Shown piece after piece: positions 1 to 8,301 of a stretch of 38,246 nt of DNA. The stretch is from Myxococcota bacterium. GTDB lineage: Bacteria; Myxococcota_A; Polyangia; Polyangiales; Houyiibacteriaceae. The position numbers and the translations under genes are program-made. Position 1 is the stretch's first letter, and each line of letters begins with the position of its first letter. The notes under the pieces are model-generated. The model ran no database searches. It was given only the letters and a program-made list of their open reading frames with translations, and was not told the origin of the DNA. The stretch is from the NCBI GenBank assembly GCA_039030515.1, contig JBCCEA010000034.1, forward strand, positions 1-38,246, written 5' to 3'.

Positions 1-257
1 CCACACCCAGGGGGCCTAGGTTGGTTCAAACAGCCAGCGCCCACGAAGCGCAGGAGCGAAGGCGTACTCTAGGTACGTTGAGCGACGAGCATCGGAGGTA
101 AGCCGCTGTTTGGGCCGACTCAGCAACCACACCCAGGGGGCCTAGGTTGGTTCAAACAGCCAGCGCCCACGAAGCGCAGGAGCGAAGGCGTACTCTAGGT
201 ACGTTGAGCGACGAGCATCGGAGGTAAGCCGCTGTTTGGGCCGACATAGACCCGCTG
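1..257. repeat. Tandem copies (126-bp period) of a MITE/REP-like element
   Basis: Bases 1-119 are repeated exactly at 127-245. The second copy reads CAGGGGGCC-TA-[145-246]-TA-GACCCGCTG. Inner ends GGTTGGTTCAAACAGC and GCTGTTTGGGCCGACA are imperfect inverted repeats (12/16). The same family recurs at 929-960 and 21545-21880. The array may extend upstream of the window. Confidence 0.85.
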
Positions 258-432
258 TGGGGGAAGGGGGGGCTCGCCGTTTGAGTAGGTGCTTCGGTTT
301 TGTGGGTAGAACTGTCTCCACGATAGCAGTCTGCCGGGACACAGTGTTGGAGACTGCTTTTGCATATATAAAAGAAAATATTGACGTAAAAGGAATTGAA
401 GATCAGGAACATCCCTTGCACCATCGCTATTT

Positions 433-909
433 GTGGACGACAACAACGAACTAGCTGCACTGGCATTGGGCGTTACCAGAGGCTGCCCTGCGGACGCGAG
501 TTTTGCGTACCGGATGGTATTCGAAGAACTGTCGGTGTACTTCACCTCTGCGACAGCTCGGCAGTTGCTCGACGACTGTTTTGCCGCAGTGGGAACCGAC
601 CCCTCGGAAGCTAGCGAGGCGCATATGCATAGAGTCGCCTTCGATGAGCTGCCAAAGAGATTGGAACCGATTCTTCGCCCAGATCAATGTCTGGACGTGA
701 TGAGCAGCCTCTCCTCATTCCTTGAGCTAGCGGAGGAGACCGTGGTGCATCGTTCTGATGTCATGAGGCAGGCTTTTTCCGACTATCTGGAGTCTCAAGA
801 TATTGCGCGACAAACGTCGATTCATGTTCGTCCAAAAATTCTGCCCACCGACGAGTCTCGGGAATGCGGGTTGATGGGGTTTGAGATGATGACCTTGAAA
901 GCGGGCTAA
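433..909 (+). CDS. Hypothetical protein (158 aa)
   Basis: GTG-start ORF with acidic, helical-looking composition, preceded by an AT-rich tract (~358-400). No recognisable motif. Confidence 0.55.
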   Translation: MDDNNELAALALGVTRGCPADASFAYRMVFEELSVYFTSATARQLLDDCFAAVGTDPSEASEAHMHRVAFDELPKRLEPILRPDQCLDVMSSLSSFLELAEETVVHRSDVMRQAFSDYLESQDIARQTSIHVRPKILPTDESRECGLMGFEMMTLKAG

Positions 910-928
910 CCCCCCAGTCAGGCCCAGA

Positions 929-960
929 TCGGCCCAAACAACGGCTTACCGAAGATGCTC
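929..960. repeat. Partial inverted copy of the repeat at 1-257
   Basis: TCGGCCCAAACAACGGCTTACCGAAGATGCTC matches the reverse complement of the element's right end (TCGGCCCAAACAGCGGCTTACCTCCGATGCTC) with 4 mismatches in 32. Confidence 0.75.
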
Positions 961-1023
961 GGACAGCATGCGCGTGGATCTATGCTGCAGGCTCAGGAGT
1001 TGATGCTCTCTCACTGCATACAC

Positions 1024-2070
1024 CTAGGAGGCTGCAGTAAGCTGCGTGAACGCGGATTGAACGGCGCCCTCGTTTTTGGATACCAGGTACAGCAACTCTT
1101 TGTTGCGGAGATGGCTTACGCTACCGACTTTCTTGCCGCTCGGGCTGTAGACTCCGATCTGTGCGCCTACATAGCGCTTGAAATCAATCTCTACCGTACG
1201 AACTCGGCCAAAGGTTCCCAGGATTTCTTCCATTTCTTCACGGTTGATGAAGCCTTCATTGTTGAACGAAACTACGAGATGCTGCGCGCTCAAAACGCGG
1301 ATTATTGATTCTAAAGCAGAGACAATACGTTTCTTGGAATTGAAAGGGCTCTTGTAGTCGCGACAGGCGACTCGCTTGCATGCAACACCATAGAAATCGG
1401 GCTTGTCCCAACGCACCAGCGTTTCCCAAATATGGTAGTTTCCTAAGTAGCTGTGTTGGTTGTACGGAGGATCCAAATACACCAAGTCCACTGGAGTAGA
1501 GGCCGCGGCTTCCATCGCTTCTAGCTGTAGAGCCCGTCCTTTGCCGGGAAGCACGTCAGGCAACCGAAGTGAAATATCTTTATGCGAACGAGAAGCCCAT
1601 TGTTTTAGGTAGGCCATTTGCACACCAGTCGTCGAGTCCACTCGATCTGCGGCTTCCATCAAGGATGTCAGCGCAATCGCTTCCAGGCTCCGCGATAAAT
1701 TCTTAGCGGCGATCGCTTCGCGTATCGCGTCTACTCGAGCGCCGTTGTGAGGCTGAAAGTATCGCGCCTGCTCGCAGAAGGTCTCCGTGAAATATCCTCG
1801 TTTGGCTGGCGTATTTTGAAGTTCCGAGAGCAACTCCCGTGCTTCTGCTTCGACATGCGAAGCGTCTGCCTCCACGTAGCAGCGCGCGAGTACGGAGGCG
1901 AAGCTCAGGTGGTCGTTTCCGGTTACTTCGAAACCCGCTCGCTTGAGCGCGTGGCCAACGCGGGAAGTCCCGCTGAAGAGATCGAGCACCGAGCGCACGT
2001 CTCCAAAGCCCTTCACTGCACGAACGATTTGGGGAATAAGCGTTCGTTTGCTCCCGATATACTTAATCAC
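1024..2070 (-). CDS. N6-adenine DNA methyltransferase (D12 class, M.FokI-like), apparently orphan
   Basis: N-terminal KYIGSK, SAM-binding DLFSGT, catalytic YLDPPY and NYHIWET motifs. GTG start. Confidence 0.92.
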   Translation of the reverse strand: MIKYIGSKRTLIPQIVRAVKGFGDVRSVLDLFSGTSRVGHALKRAGFEVTGNDHLSFASVLARCYVEADASHVEAEARELLSELQNTPAKRGYFTETFCEQARYFQPHNGARVDAIREAIAAKNLSRSLEAIALTSLMEAADRVDSTTGVQMAYLKQWASRSHKDISLRLPDVLPGKGRALQLEAMEAAASTPVDLVYLDPPYNQHSYLGNYHIWETLVRWDKPDFYGVACKRVACRDYKSPFNSKKRIVSALESIIRVLSAQHLVVSFNNEGFINREEMEEILGTFGRVRTVEIDFKRYVGAQIGVYSPSGKKVGSVSHLRNKELLYLVSKNEGAVQSAFTQLTAAS

Positions 2071-2162
2071 ATCAAGCTATACATAGGATGTTGACGTCGC
2101 CCTTTGCAACACGTTGCTTGGTGTTCATTGACGCCCTGACGTTCAAGTGGCATGAGCGGCCC

Positions 2163-2645
2163 ATGACCTCCCTTTCTGAACTCTTGCAAGACGAAACCAA
2201 AAAAGCCGCCATCGTTCAAGACTGTCTCGCGCTTATCGAGGAGGAAGTAGCCGGTAAGACCGGTCTATCTGGAATGGCTATTAAAGCGGGTTACAAAACC
2301 GTAAAAAGCTTCCGGCCTGGATTCGTCAACAATGTAGTTCGCGACTTACTGCCCTCATTCATCACGGCAGTAGAACCGACATATCAGGCTTCTCTAGCCA
2401 GCGGAACGAGCGTAGAGGTGTATTTTTCCGAACATTCCTCCGATGTCGCCAATGCTCTTCTCTCTATCACAGATGCGAAGGCTGAGGTTTCCTCAAACCG
2501 AGTTATCAAAGGAGCGTACAAAAAGCTCCGCGGCGCCGCGAAGAAAAACGTAGAAACTGCCGTTCCGGGTTTAGCTCGACTCATTGAGGCACATAGCCTA
2601 TCGATTCGTGAGGAGCGTGCCGCTTCGAGCTCGAATCCCGCCTAA
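2163..2645 (+). CDS. Conserved hypothetical protein, DUF6918-like
   Basis: Sequence DCLALIEEEVAGKTGLSGMAIKAGYK...VANALLSITDAKA...YKKLRGAAKKNVE resembles DUF6918 proteins (recognised from memory). ATG at 2163 is preferred over the ORF-track start at 2088. Confidence 0.7.
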   Translation: MTSLSELLQDETKKAAIVQDCLALIEEEVAGKTGLSGMAIKAGYKTVKSFRPGFVNNVVRDLLPSFITAVEPTYQASLASGTSVEVYFSEHSSDVANALLSITDAKAEVSSNRVIKGAYKKLRGAAKKNVETAVPGLARLIEAHSLSIREERAASSSNPA

Positions 2646-3248
2646 GTTGAACTGTAGCATCTCGCGTGCAATTTGATCGACCTCCATTTGGCTCGGTGTT
2701 TTGCTTCGAGCGACGCGCTCCATGAACTGCCGGAACGTTCCGAGAATGCACATGGAGGCAACATCGGTGTCGATATCCGGCGCGATCAAGCCAAGTTTTT
2801 GTCCCTCAAGGAGTGAGCAGCAAATATAGTCTACGATGCGTCTGTAAAATCTCGCCATCCGTAGGTCGGTCTCCGCATCTACACAGGCAGCTTCCCGAAC
2901 CACGATGGTCGTCAAATTGCGATTGTCCACTACGGCTGCCAGAATATTGCGTACAGTGTGTGAGAGCTGATCTTCCACGCTGATATGGCTCGTGACGTCC
3001 ACACCCACGATTGCGGCTCTTAATTCGATCAGGAGGAGATCGAGCAGTTCGAGGAAGAGCGCTGTCTTACTTTCGAAATAGAGGTAAAAAGTACCCCGGG
3101 CGACTCCTGCGCACCCGATGACATCGCTTATTCGCGTTTGATGGTACCCTTTGCTCGCAAACGTCTGCGCAGCAGCTTGCAGAAGTGCTGCTTTCTTTGT
3201 CGCGCGAGTCGCACTTGCTCGGATCGTACGTCGGTCAGGACCAGTCAT
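2598..3248 (-). CDS. TetR/AcrR family transcriptional regulator
   Basis: HTH signature LLQAAAQTFASKGYHQTRISDVIGCAGVARGTFYLYFESK. The ATG at 3248 lies 1 nt after the upstream gene's stop at 3250. Confidence 0.93.
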   Translation of the reverse strand: MTGPDRRTIRASATRATKKAALLQAAAQTFASKGYHQTRISDVIGCAGVARGTFYLYFESKTALFLELLDLLLIELRAAIVGVDVTSHISVEDQLSHTVRNILAAVVDNRNLTTIVVREAACVDAETDLRMARFYRRIVDYICCSLLEGQKLGLIAPDIDTDVASMCILGTFRQFMERVARSKTPSQMEVDQIAREMLQFNLGGIRARSGTLLTNR

Positions 3249-3249
3249 T

Positions 3250-4122
3250 CTATTCTTTGCGCAAAGACGCCTCGGAAGCCGTCGTTCGTAGCCTTTTGCT
3301 CTCAAAGTATGCATCGACTCTGTCAGCGACGATACGGTGTACTTCGCTGACGAGCTCTGGTAGAGAGTGCTCCGGTATGCCCTTAGTCTCTATTGGCTCT
3401 TCACAGTAGACGACTAGTTCTTGAAGAGGGCGGATTCTATAGGAACCTTTACGCATCAGATCAAACATGCCTGTGACTGCAGTCGGAATGATAGGCACTC
3501 CGAGCTCTCTTGCAGCGCGAAAGATACCTGTGCGAAACGGTGCCACCCTCCCATCGCGAGTACGTGTTCCCTCTGGGAAAGCAAGAACTGAACGTCCCTG
3601 CTCAATCTCGCTCTGAATACCCTTTTTTACTTGTGCATATCGCTCGCTGCGATTGGCAGGTACCGGAATGGTTCCTCGGGCTTTCATAAACCACCCGTAG
3701 AAGGGGTACTGAAAGTGTGACTCTAATTCGATGCCTTGTTTGAAGTGAGATGTCGCATTGTACATGACTACATGATCAAAGTGGTTTGTGTGATTTTGAC
3801 AGAAAATATAGCTCTTGTCTGGATCAATATTGGGGTGCACTACGGCTCGCCAGCGTGCTGTGGTCAGCGCAATTTGCACTCTGCAGTATGTCTTTGAAAC
3901 CCAGTCGATGCGATGGGAGGGCACGATGCGGAACAAAAGCGTGGACAGCCCCAGGCTGGGAATGAGCCACGAAAGACCGGTTGCCCAAAGTGCAGCGGAG
4001 ACGAGGTGATCCAGAGGTCGAGTTTCGTGAGAGAGTTCGCGTTCTGCCAACTCTGCCTCGCGATCTGACTCTGGGTGGGCGGACTTCATCGCAGACTCTC
4101 CAGCGGATCTTTTGGTTGACAC
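3250..4122 (-). CDS. 1-acyl-sn-glycerol-3-phosphate acyltransferase-like (PlsC/LPLAT family)
   Basis: NHTNHFD (HX4D) and FPEGTRT motifs, with an N-terminal hydrophobic segment. Confidence 0.9.
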   Translation of the reverse strand: MSTKRSAGESAMKSAHPESDREAELAERELSHETRPLDHLVSAALWATGLSWLIPSLGLSTLLFRIVPSHRIDWVSKTYCRVQIALTTARWRAVVHPNIDPDKSYIFCQNHTNHFDHVVMYNATSHFKQGIELESHFQYPFYGWFMKARGTIPVPANRSERYAQVKKGIQSEIEQGRSVLAFPEGTRTRDGRVAPFRTGIFRAARELGVPIIPTAVTGMFDLMRKGSYRIRPLQELVVYCEEPIETKGIPEHSLPELVSEVHRIVADRVDAYFESKRLRTTASEASLRKE

Positions 4123-4175
4123 ATCTTGTGATTCCCGATCTTGTGCTCATTCAGCCGGCGCATTTGCGAAGAGAT

Positions 4176-5219
4176 TCAGGAGCGTTCCATCGTCGTGACT
4201 CGAGCCTCCATCGAGGCGTCTGGATTGGTTTGCGCTTGCTTTGCATTGGTTTGCGCTTGCTTTGCATTGGTTTGCGCTCGCTCGGGCGTACCGCATACCA
4301 CTTGGATTGCCTGAGGGACCACGCGAAGTGAGCGCAGGTTCAGGTCGAGAACCTCTCCATCGATCATGACTGGCTGAATTCGATCCTGCTCAAAGCGCAC
4401 TTGAGCTGCTCTACGCTCTTCGATGACCTTGCTGTGTACATGGGTACCGCGAAACAGCTTCGGAAATTGCGCGAGTAGTTCAACTCTTTTTAGCGGCAGA
4501 CATCGGATGATGTCGATCGCTCCATCATCGACTTCCGCGTGGGGCGCCATCATCATCGCGCCACCGGTATATCGGCTGTTGCAGAAACTGAGAAATGGAG
4601 CGGGGCGACCATCCCACGGTCCATCATCAATTTGAATCGGATCCGAAGGTGCCGAGAGCTGAATCAGATTTAGAAAGACGCTGGCGATGTAACCTGCGGC
4701 GCCTAGGCTCTTGAAACGGAGATTGGCTTGACCGGTCACCTGTGCTGTGAATCCGATACTGAGAAGGTTTAGGTAATAGAGTGTTCCCTGACTATGCCTT
4801 ACCTCGACGATATCACAGGGCTGTGTGGTACCAGCTAGAAGTGCCTGTATTGCGCTTTCTTCGTTCCTAATGTTCATGTCTCGAAGAAAGCTGTTTCCGG
4901 TGCCTGCTGGAATGATGCCTAGCGTTATCCGCTCTTGGCCTTCAGCGAGGCAGGTCGGCACAAGTCCGTTGAGAATTTCAAACGCAGTTCCATCACCTCC
5001 AATGCAGAGAAAACGACGAGTTCCCTCGAACCATGCTTTTTTGGCAAGTTCCGTCGCGTGTCCTGGCGCATTGGTCGGATGAGGCTCGATAGCAAGGCCG
5101 TGGGCGTTGAGGCGGCGCAACAGTGGGTCCGCCTGTGCTCCGCAGCGACCGCCGCCTGCTGCCCCGTTGAGGATCGTGAACCAAGAAGTGTTCTTATCGT
5201 TCGAGGCTCTCATCATCAC
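4176..5219 (-). CDS. Diacylglycerol/lipid kinase family protein (DagK/YegS-like)
   Basis: NGAAGGG, GGDGT, GIIPAGTGNSF, NSRYTGG and IDGE motifs. Confidence 0.92.
   Translation of the reverse strand: MMMRASNDKNTSWFTILNGAAGGGRCGAQADPLLRRLNAHGLAIEPHPTNAPGHATELAKKAWFEGTRRFLCIGGDGTAFEILNGLVPTCLAEGQERITLGIIPAGTGNSFLRDMNIRNEESAIQALLAGTTQPCDIVEVRHSQGTLYYLNLLSIGFTAQVTGQANLRFKSLGAAGYIASVFLNLIQLSAPSDPIQIDDGPWDGRPAPFLSFCNSRYTGGAMMMAPHAEVDDGAIDIIRCLPLKRVELLAQFPKLFRGTHVHSKVIEERRAAQVRFEQDRIQPVMIDGEVLDLNLRSLRVVPQAIQVVCGTPERAQTNAKQAQTNAKQAQTNPDASMEARVTTMERS
4224..4278. repeat. 21-bp tandem repeat (2.6 copies) in the lipid kinase C-terminal tail
   Basis: ATTGGTTTGCGCTTGCTTTGC at 4224-4244 and 4245-4265, partial at 4266-4278. 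Encodes AQTNAKQ repeats. Confidence 0.9.
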
Positions 5220-7027
5220 TGTGCTCCATAAAGGTGTTTGGTTGGGCCTGTGGACATACCAGTGATGAAGTCCTTCTCGGTCATAGATTTGGCGATCGAC
5301 TTGGCCAACACGCCTCGTTTCACTTTCATTGAAGCGGTTCTCGGCAAAGGATGGCCCCAGTGGAGAATATCTTGGACCCTTTTGTGCTGCGCCAAACGTT
5401 GATTAAGCTGCTTGAACGATGCGTCAAACCCGGCCTGCTTTCGATGAACGACCAGTAGGAGTCGAGGGTCTTTCAAGTTTTGAAGCGGCCAGATGAAGTT
5501 GCTTGCCAGGATGCAGAACTCCTCACACGGGAGACTGCGGAAGGCGAGTTCTACGTCTTCGGGATACACGTTTTTGCCCCCGGAAGTGACGATCATATTT
5601 TTTTTGCGTCCTTTGATGTGAAGATGGTGGGACGCGTCCAGGTAGCCTAAGTCTCCCGTTCGCAGCCATCCGTCCTGCAGGGTTTCTTGGGTGAGCTCCG
5701 GGTTGTCGAGATAGCCCTGCATCATTGTCGGGCCCCGCACCCAAACCTCTCCTACCCCGTCGACGGCTTGCCGGATCTCGACTTCGACCCCGCGAATCGG
5801 AGCTCCGACGCTATCGGGTCGAAACGGCGTGCTCCGGTTGACGGTGACCACCGTGCAGGCCTCGGTAAGGCCGTAACCGATGATCACCGGGATGCCCAGT
5901 TCGTAGAAGAACTGAGCGCGTTTCGGCTCCACAAAGGCGCCTCCACAGATCAGCAACTTGAGGTGTCCTCCAAGCGCATCGTGGACCGGCTTGAGCAGTC
6001 TGCGAGAGAGTTCGCGGTTGGCGCGTCGACGGGTGAGGTTCCAGTTGAGCGCTCGAAGCGTTTCGAACAGAGATTCTTTCACTACCGATGCGGTGTCGAG
6101 CTGCTCTCGGATGCTGCGTTCGAAGGCTTCGAGGAGCATCGGCACGACAGACATATGCGTAATCGCGGCTTCACGCATCGTGTACTTGAGAAATTCAGGT
6201 CGAAGCGTTCTCTGATGAACGACGGTCGCTCCGCCCGCGAGCGGTCCGATAAAACCACACATGAAGTCGATGGCGTGGTTGGTGGGCAGGATTGAGAAAT
6301 AGCGATCCCCTGTTCTCATCGGAAAAAGCGCGCTCAGGGCGCTGTACTGCTCCAAGTAGTTGCCGTGGGTCAGGATGCAGCATTTTGGCTCTCCTCCCGT
6401 GCCGGAAGAGTAGACGAACGTTGCAGGGTCGCTTCGCTGCCTAGGGATCCGCGTCGGCTTTTGATCCATGGGTAGAGGTTCTGAATAAAGGATTTGTGCT
6501 GCAAATTTCTCGATATGGACCGGCGAATTCGGATGTGAATATGCGCCGCTCTCGAGATGCAGTTTCTTCCCATCGGGCACTTCGGTGACCAATATCGTTT
6601 GCAGAGAAGGCAGCTCTGGTAGCGTTCGATAGCTGTCGTACTCGATGATTAGATGCGATGCTCGACAGTGCTTGAGGAGCTCAATCTGCTCGCGTCCACT
6701 AAGTTTGTAGTCGATCGGTACGAGAATGGCGCCGCGAAAAAAAACGGCGTAAGCGCTCAGCAACCAGCGACTTTGATTGCTCATCACCACGGCCACGCGC
6801 GCGTCTTCGCCCACTCCATGCTCTTGCAGCTGGCGCGCCATGCGGTCACCGGCCCAAGACATTTGAAGGTAGGTTAGGCTGAGGGGCTCCTGCTTTCGGC
6901 GATATTCCAGAAGTGCAGTCGCGCTCTTAAACTGCAAAAGGCAGTCGATGAGCAGTGCGCCGAGATCGCTATACCCCGCACCATCGATCATCACGTTCAC
7001 ATCTGGATCTTCGAGTCGGCTCACCAT
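5216..7027 (-). CDS. Long-chain acyl-CoA/acyl-ACP ligase (AMP-binding enzyme)
   Basis: YSSGTGGEPK P-loop, GYGLTE, WLRTGDLG, GRKKNMIVTSGGKNVYPE and the terminal PRTASMKVKR lysine. Confidence 0.95.
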   Translation of the reverse strand: MVSRLEDPDVNVMIDGAGYSDLGALLIDCLLQFKSATALLEYRRKQEPLSLTYLQMSWAGDRMARQLQEHGVGEDARVAVVMSNQSRWLLSAYAVFFRGAILVPIDYKLSGREQIELLKHCRASHLIIEYDSYRTLPELPSLQTILVTEVPDGKKLHLESGAYSHPNSPVHIEKFAAQILYSEPLPMDQKPTRIPRQRSDPATFVYSSGTGGEPKCCILTHGNYLEQYSALSALFPMRTGDRYFSILPTNHAIDFMCGFIGPLAGGATVVHQRTLRPEFLKYTMREAAITHMSVVPMLLEAFERSIREQLDTASVVKESLFETLRALNWNLTRRRANRELSRRLLKPVHDALGGHLKLLICGGAFVEPKRAQFFYELGIPVIIGYGLTEACTVVTVNRSTPFRPDSVGAPIRGVEVEIRQAVDGVGEVWVRGPTMMQGYLDNPELTQETLQDGWLRTGDLGYLDASHHLHIKGRKKNMIVTSGGKNVYPEDVELAFRSLPCEEFCILASNFIWPLQNLKDPRLLLVVHRKQAGFDASFKQLNQRLAQHKRVQDILHWGHPLPRTASMKVKRGVLAKSIAKSMTEKDFITGMSTGPTKHLYGAQ

Positions 7028-7031
7028 AAGT

Positions 7032-7271
7032 CTAAATCCGACGATCGATCAGTTTGGATAGCGCACCAAACGTCGATACACCCCTAAGTTCGTAGTCGGG
7101 AATCTCTACGCCAAAATGTTCCTCGAGGTCCGTGAGCAACTCCATCGCCTGATAGCTGTCGATTCCAAGTGTCACGAACATATCGGAATCTGGACCCGTG
7201 CCATTCAGATCGATTCTAAAGCGAGCTGAGGCGAGTTGGATTAGAGAATCAAAGGTTGAAGTGTCGTTCAT
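7032..7271 (-). CDS. Acyl carrier protein
   Basis: 79 aa, acidic, with the LGIDSY phosphopantetheine site and LEEHFGVEIPD. Confidence 0.92.
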   Translation of the reverse strand: MNDTSTFDSLIQLASARFRIDLNGTGPDSDMFVTLGIDSYQAMELLTDLEEHFGVEIPDYELRGVSTFGALSKLIDRRI

Positions 7272-7386
7272 GGTTTGATGCCTTGAATTCTAGGGTAGGT
7301 GCATATGGACCGTGCGCGGCTCCAGATTATGCATGGCTCGTGTAATGATCGATTTGCACAATGCTTGAGCTGCAGCAACGTGAGGC

Positions 7387-8301
7387 TCATCCGATGTATG
7401 GCAGTGGGTCCGACCGGTCGACAAACGCGCTGAGCGCACTTTGCACGTTCGGATGGAGGATCTGATCGAGGAAGAGCGTCTTCTCCTCCTCCAGTTCTTG
7501 TCGAGGTAGGGGTTTGAGAAAACGTTTCGCCTGTATCGATGCAGATGGAGGCAGTTTTGCGACCTGCTCTGCTAAGGTTCGAGCGACTTCAAGCGCCTTG
7601 CCACGTCCCGTAAGCTGAGATGCAAGACCTGCTTCAAACGATCTTTTTGCAGAAAGACTGCGGCCGGTAAGAATGATGTCCCGAAGCACAGCGTTGCCTA
7701 GGTCGCGCCGGAGCCGAGGAATTCCTCCGAAGCCGGGTATGATCCCAAGGCGCAGTTCAGGAAAACAAAAGCGAGTACTTCGGTCGGCCACCAAAAGATC
7801 GCAGGTCAGCGCAAGCTCCCATCCTCCCCCAAAACAAAAGCCGTGAAGCGCCGCGATCGTGGTGCAGGAAAATTGATCAAGCAGATTAAATGCATGATGA
7901 ATGCGATCGATAAAGTCAGCCAGGTTCCTTCTAAGCTCTTCTTCCGCGGTGCCTTTATTTCTCTCTTTTACAAGGCGTGCATGAAGTTCGCGAAGGTCGG
8001 CTCCTGCGCAAAATCCTCGATCAAGCGAGCTGTAGACGATCACTGGCGTTCCGGGCTCAGTGTTCAAGGCCAGCTGAATCTTATCGAGTGCATGCTCTAG
8101 GTCGGTGAGTGTCTCCGTACCGATCTCGTTGATCGGTGCACGATGAAGTGCCAGCTCAAACCACGACCGATTTCGCGTGACCGTCATCGTCTTGCCCTGA
8201 AAAAGGACCGATAGTGAGCCGACTTCGGTAGCTGCTCCGCGATGGTCTTCCCGCTCCGTCGCTGGCTGACGTATGGAAGATCCTGCGTTCGGTTCGTTCA
8301 T
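7387..8301 (-). CDS. Enoyl-CoA hydratase/isomerase (crotonase family)
   Basis: FCAGADL, GGGWELALTCD and FPELRLGIIPGFGG, with both catalytic Glu present. Start set at 8301 because it gives an ATGA overlap with the upstream stop. Confidence 0.9.
   Translation of the reverse strand: MNEPNAGSSIRQPATEREDHRGAATEVGSLSVLFQGKTMTVTRNRSWFELALHRAPINEIGTETLTDLEHALDKIQLALNTEPGTPVIVYSSLDRGFCAGADLRELHARLVKERNKGTAEEELRRNLADFIDRIHHAFNLLDQFSCTTIAALHGFCFGGGWELALTCDLLVADRSTRFCFPELRLGIIPGFGGIPRLRRDLGNAVLRDIILTGRSLSAKRSFEAGLASQLTGRGKALEVARTLAEQVAKLPPSASIQAKRFLKPLPRQELEEEKTLFLDQILHPNVQSALSAFVDRSDPLPYIG

Noticed and set aside
358..412. Sigma70 promoter at TTGACG (381-386)
   Set aside because: The context is AT-rich and the -35 is good, but there is no convincing -10 box at 16-18 nt spacing.
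433..909. Restriction endonuclease partner of the methyltransferase
   Set aside because: The ORF is short, convergent with the MTase and has no recognisable nuclease motif. It cannot be fully excluded without a structure search.
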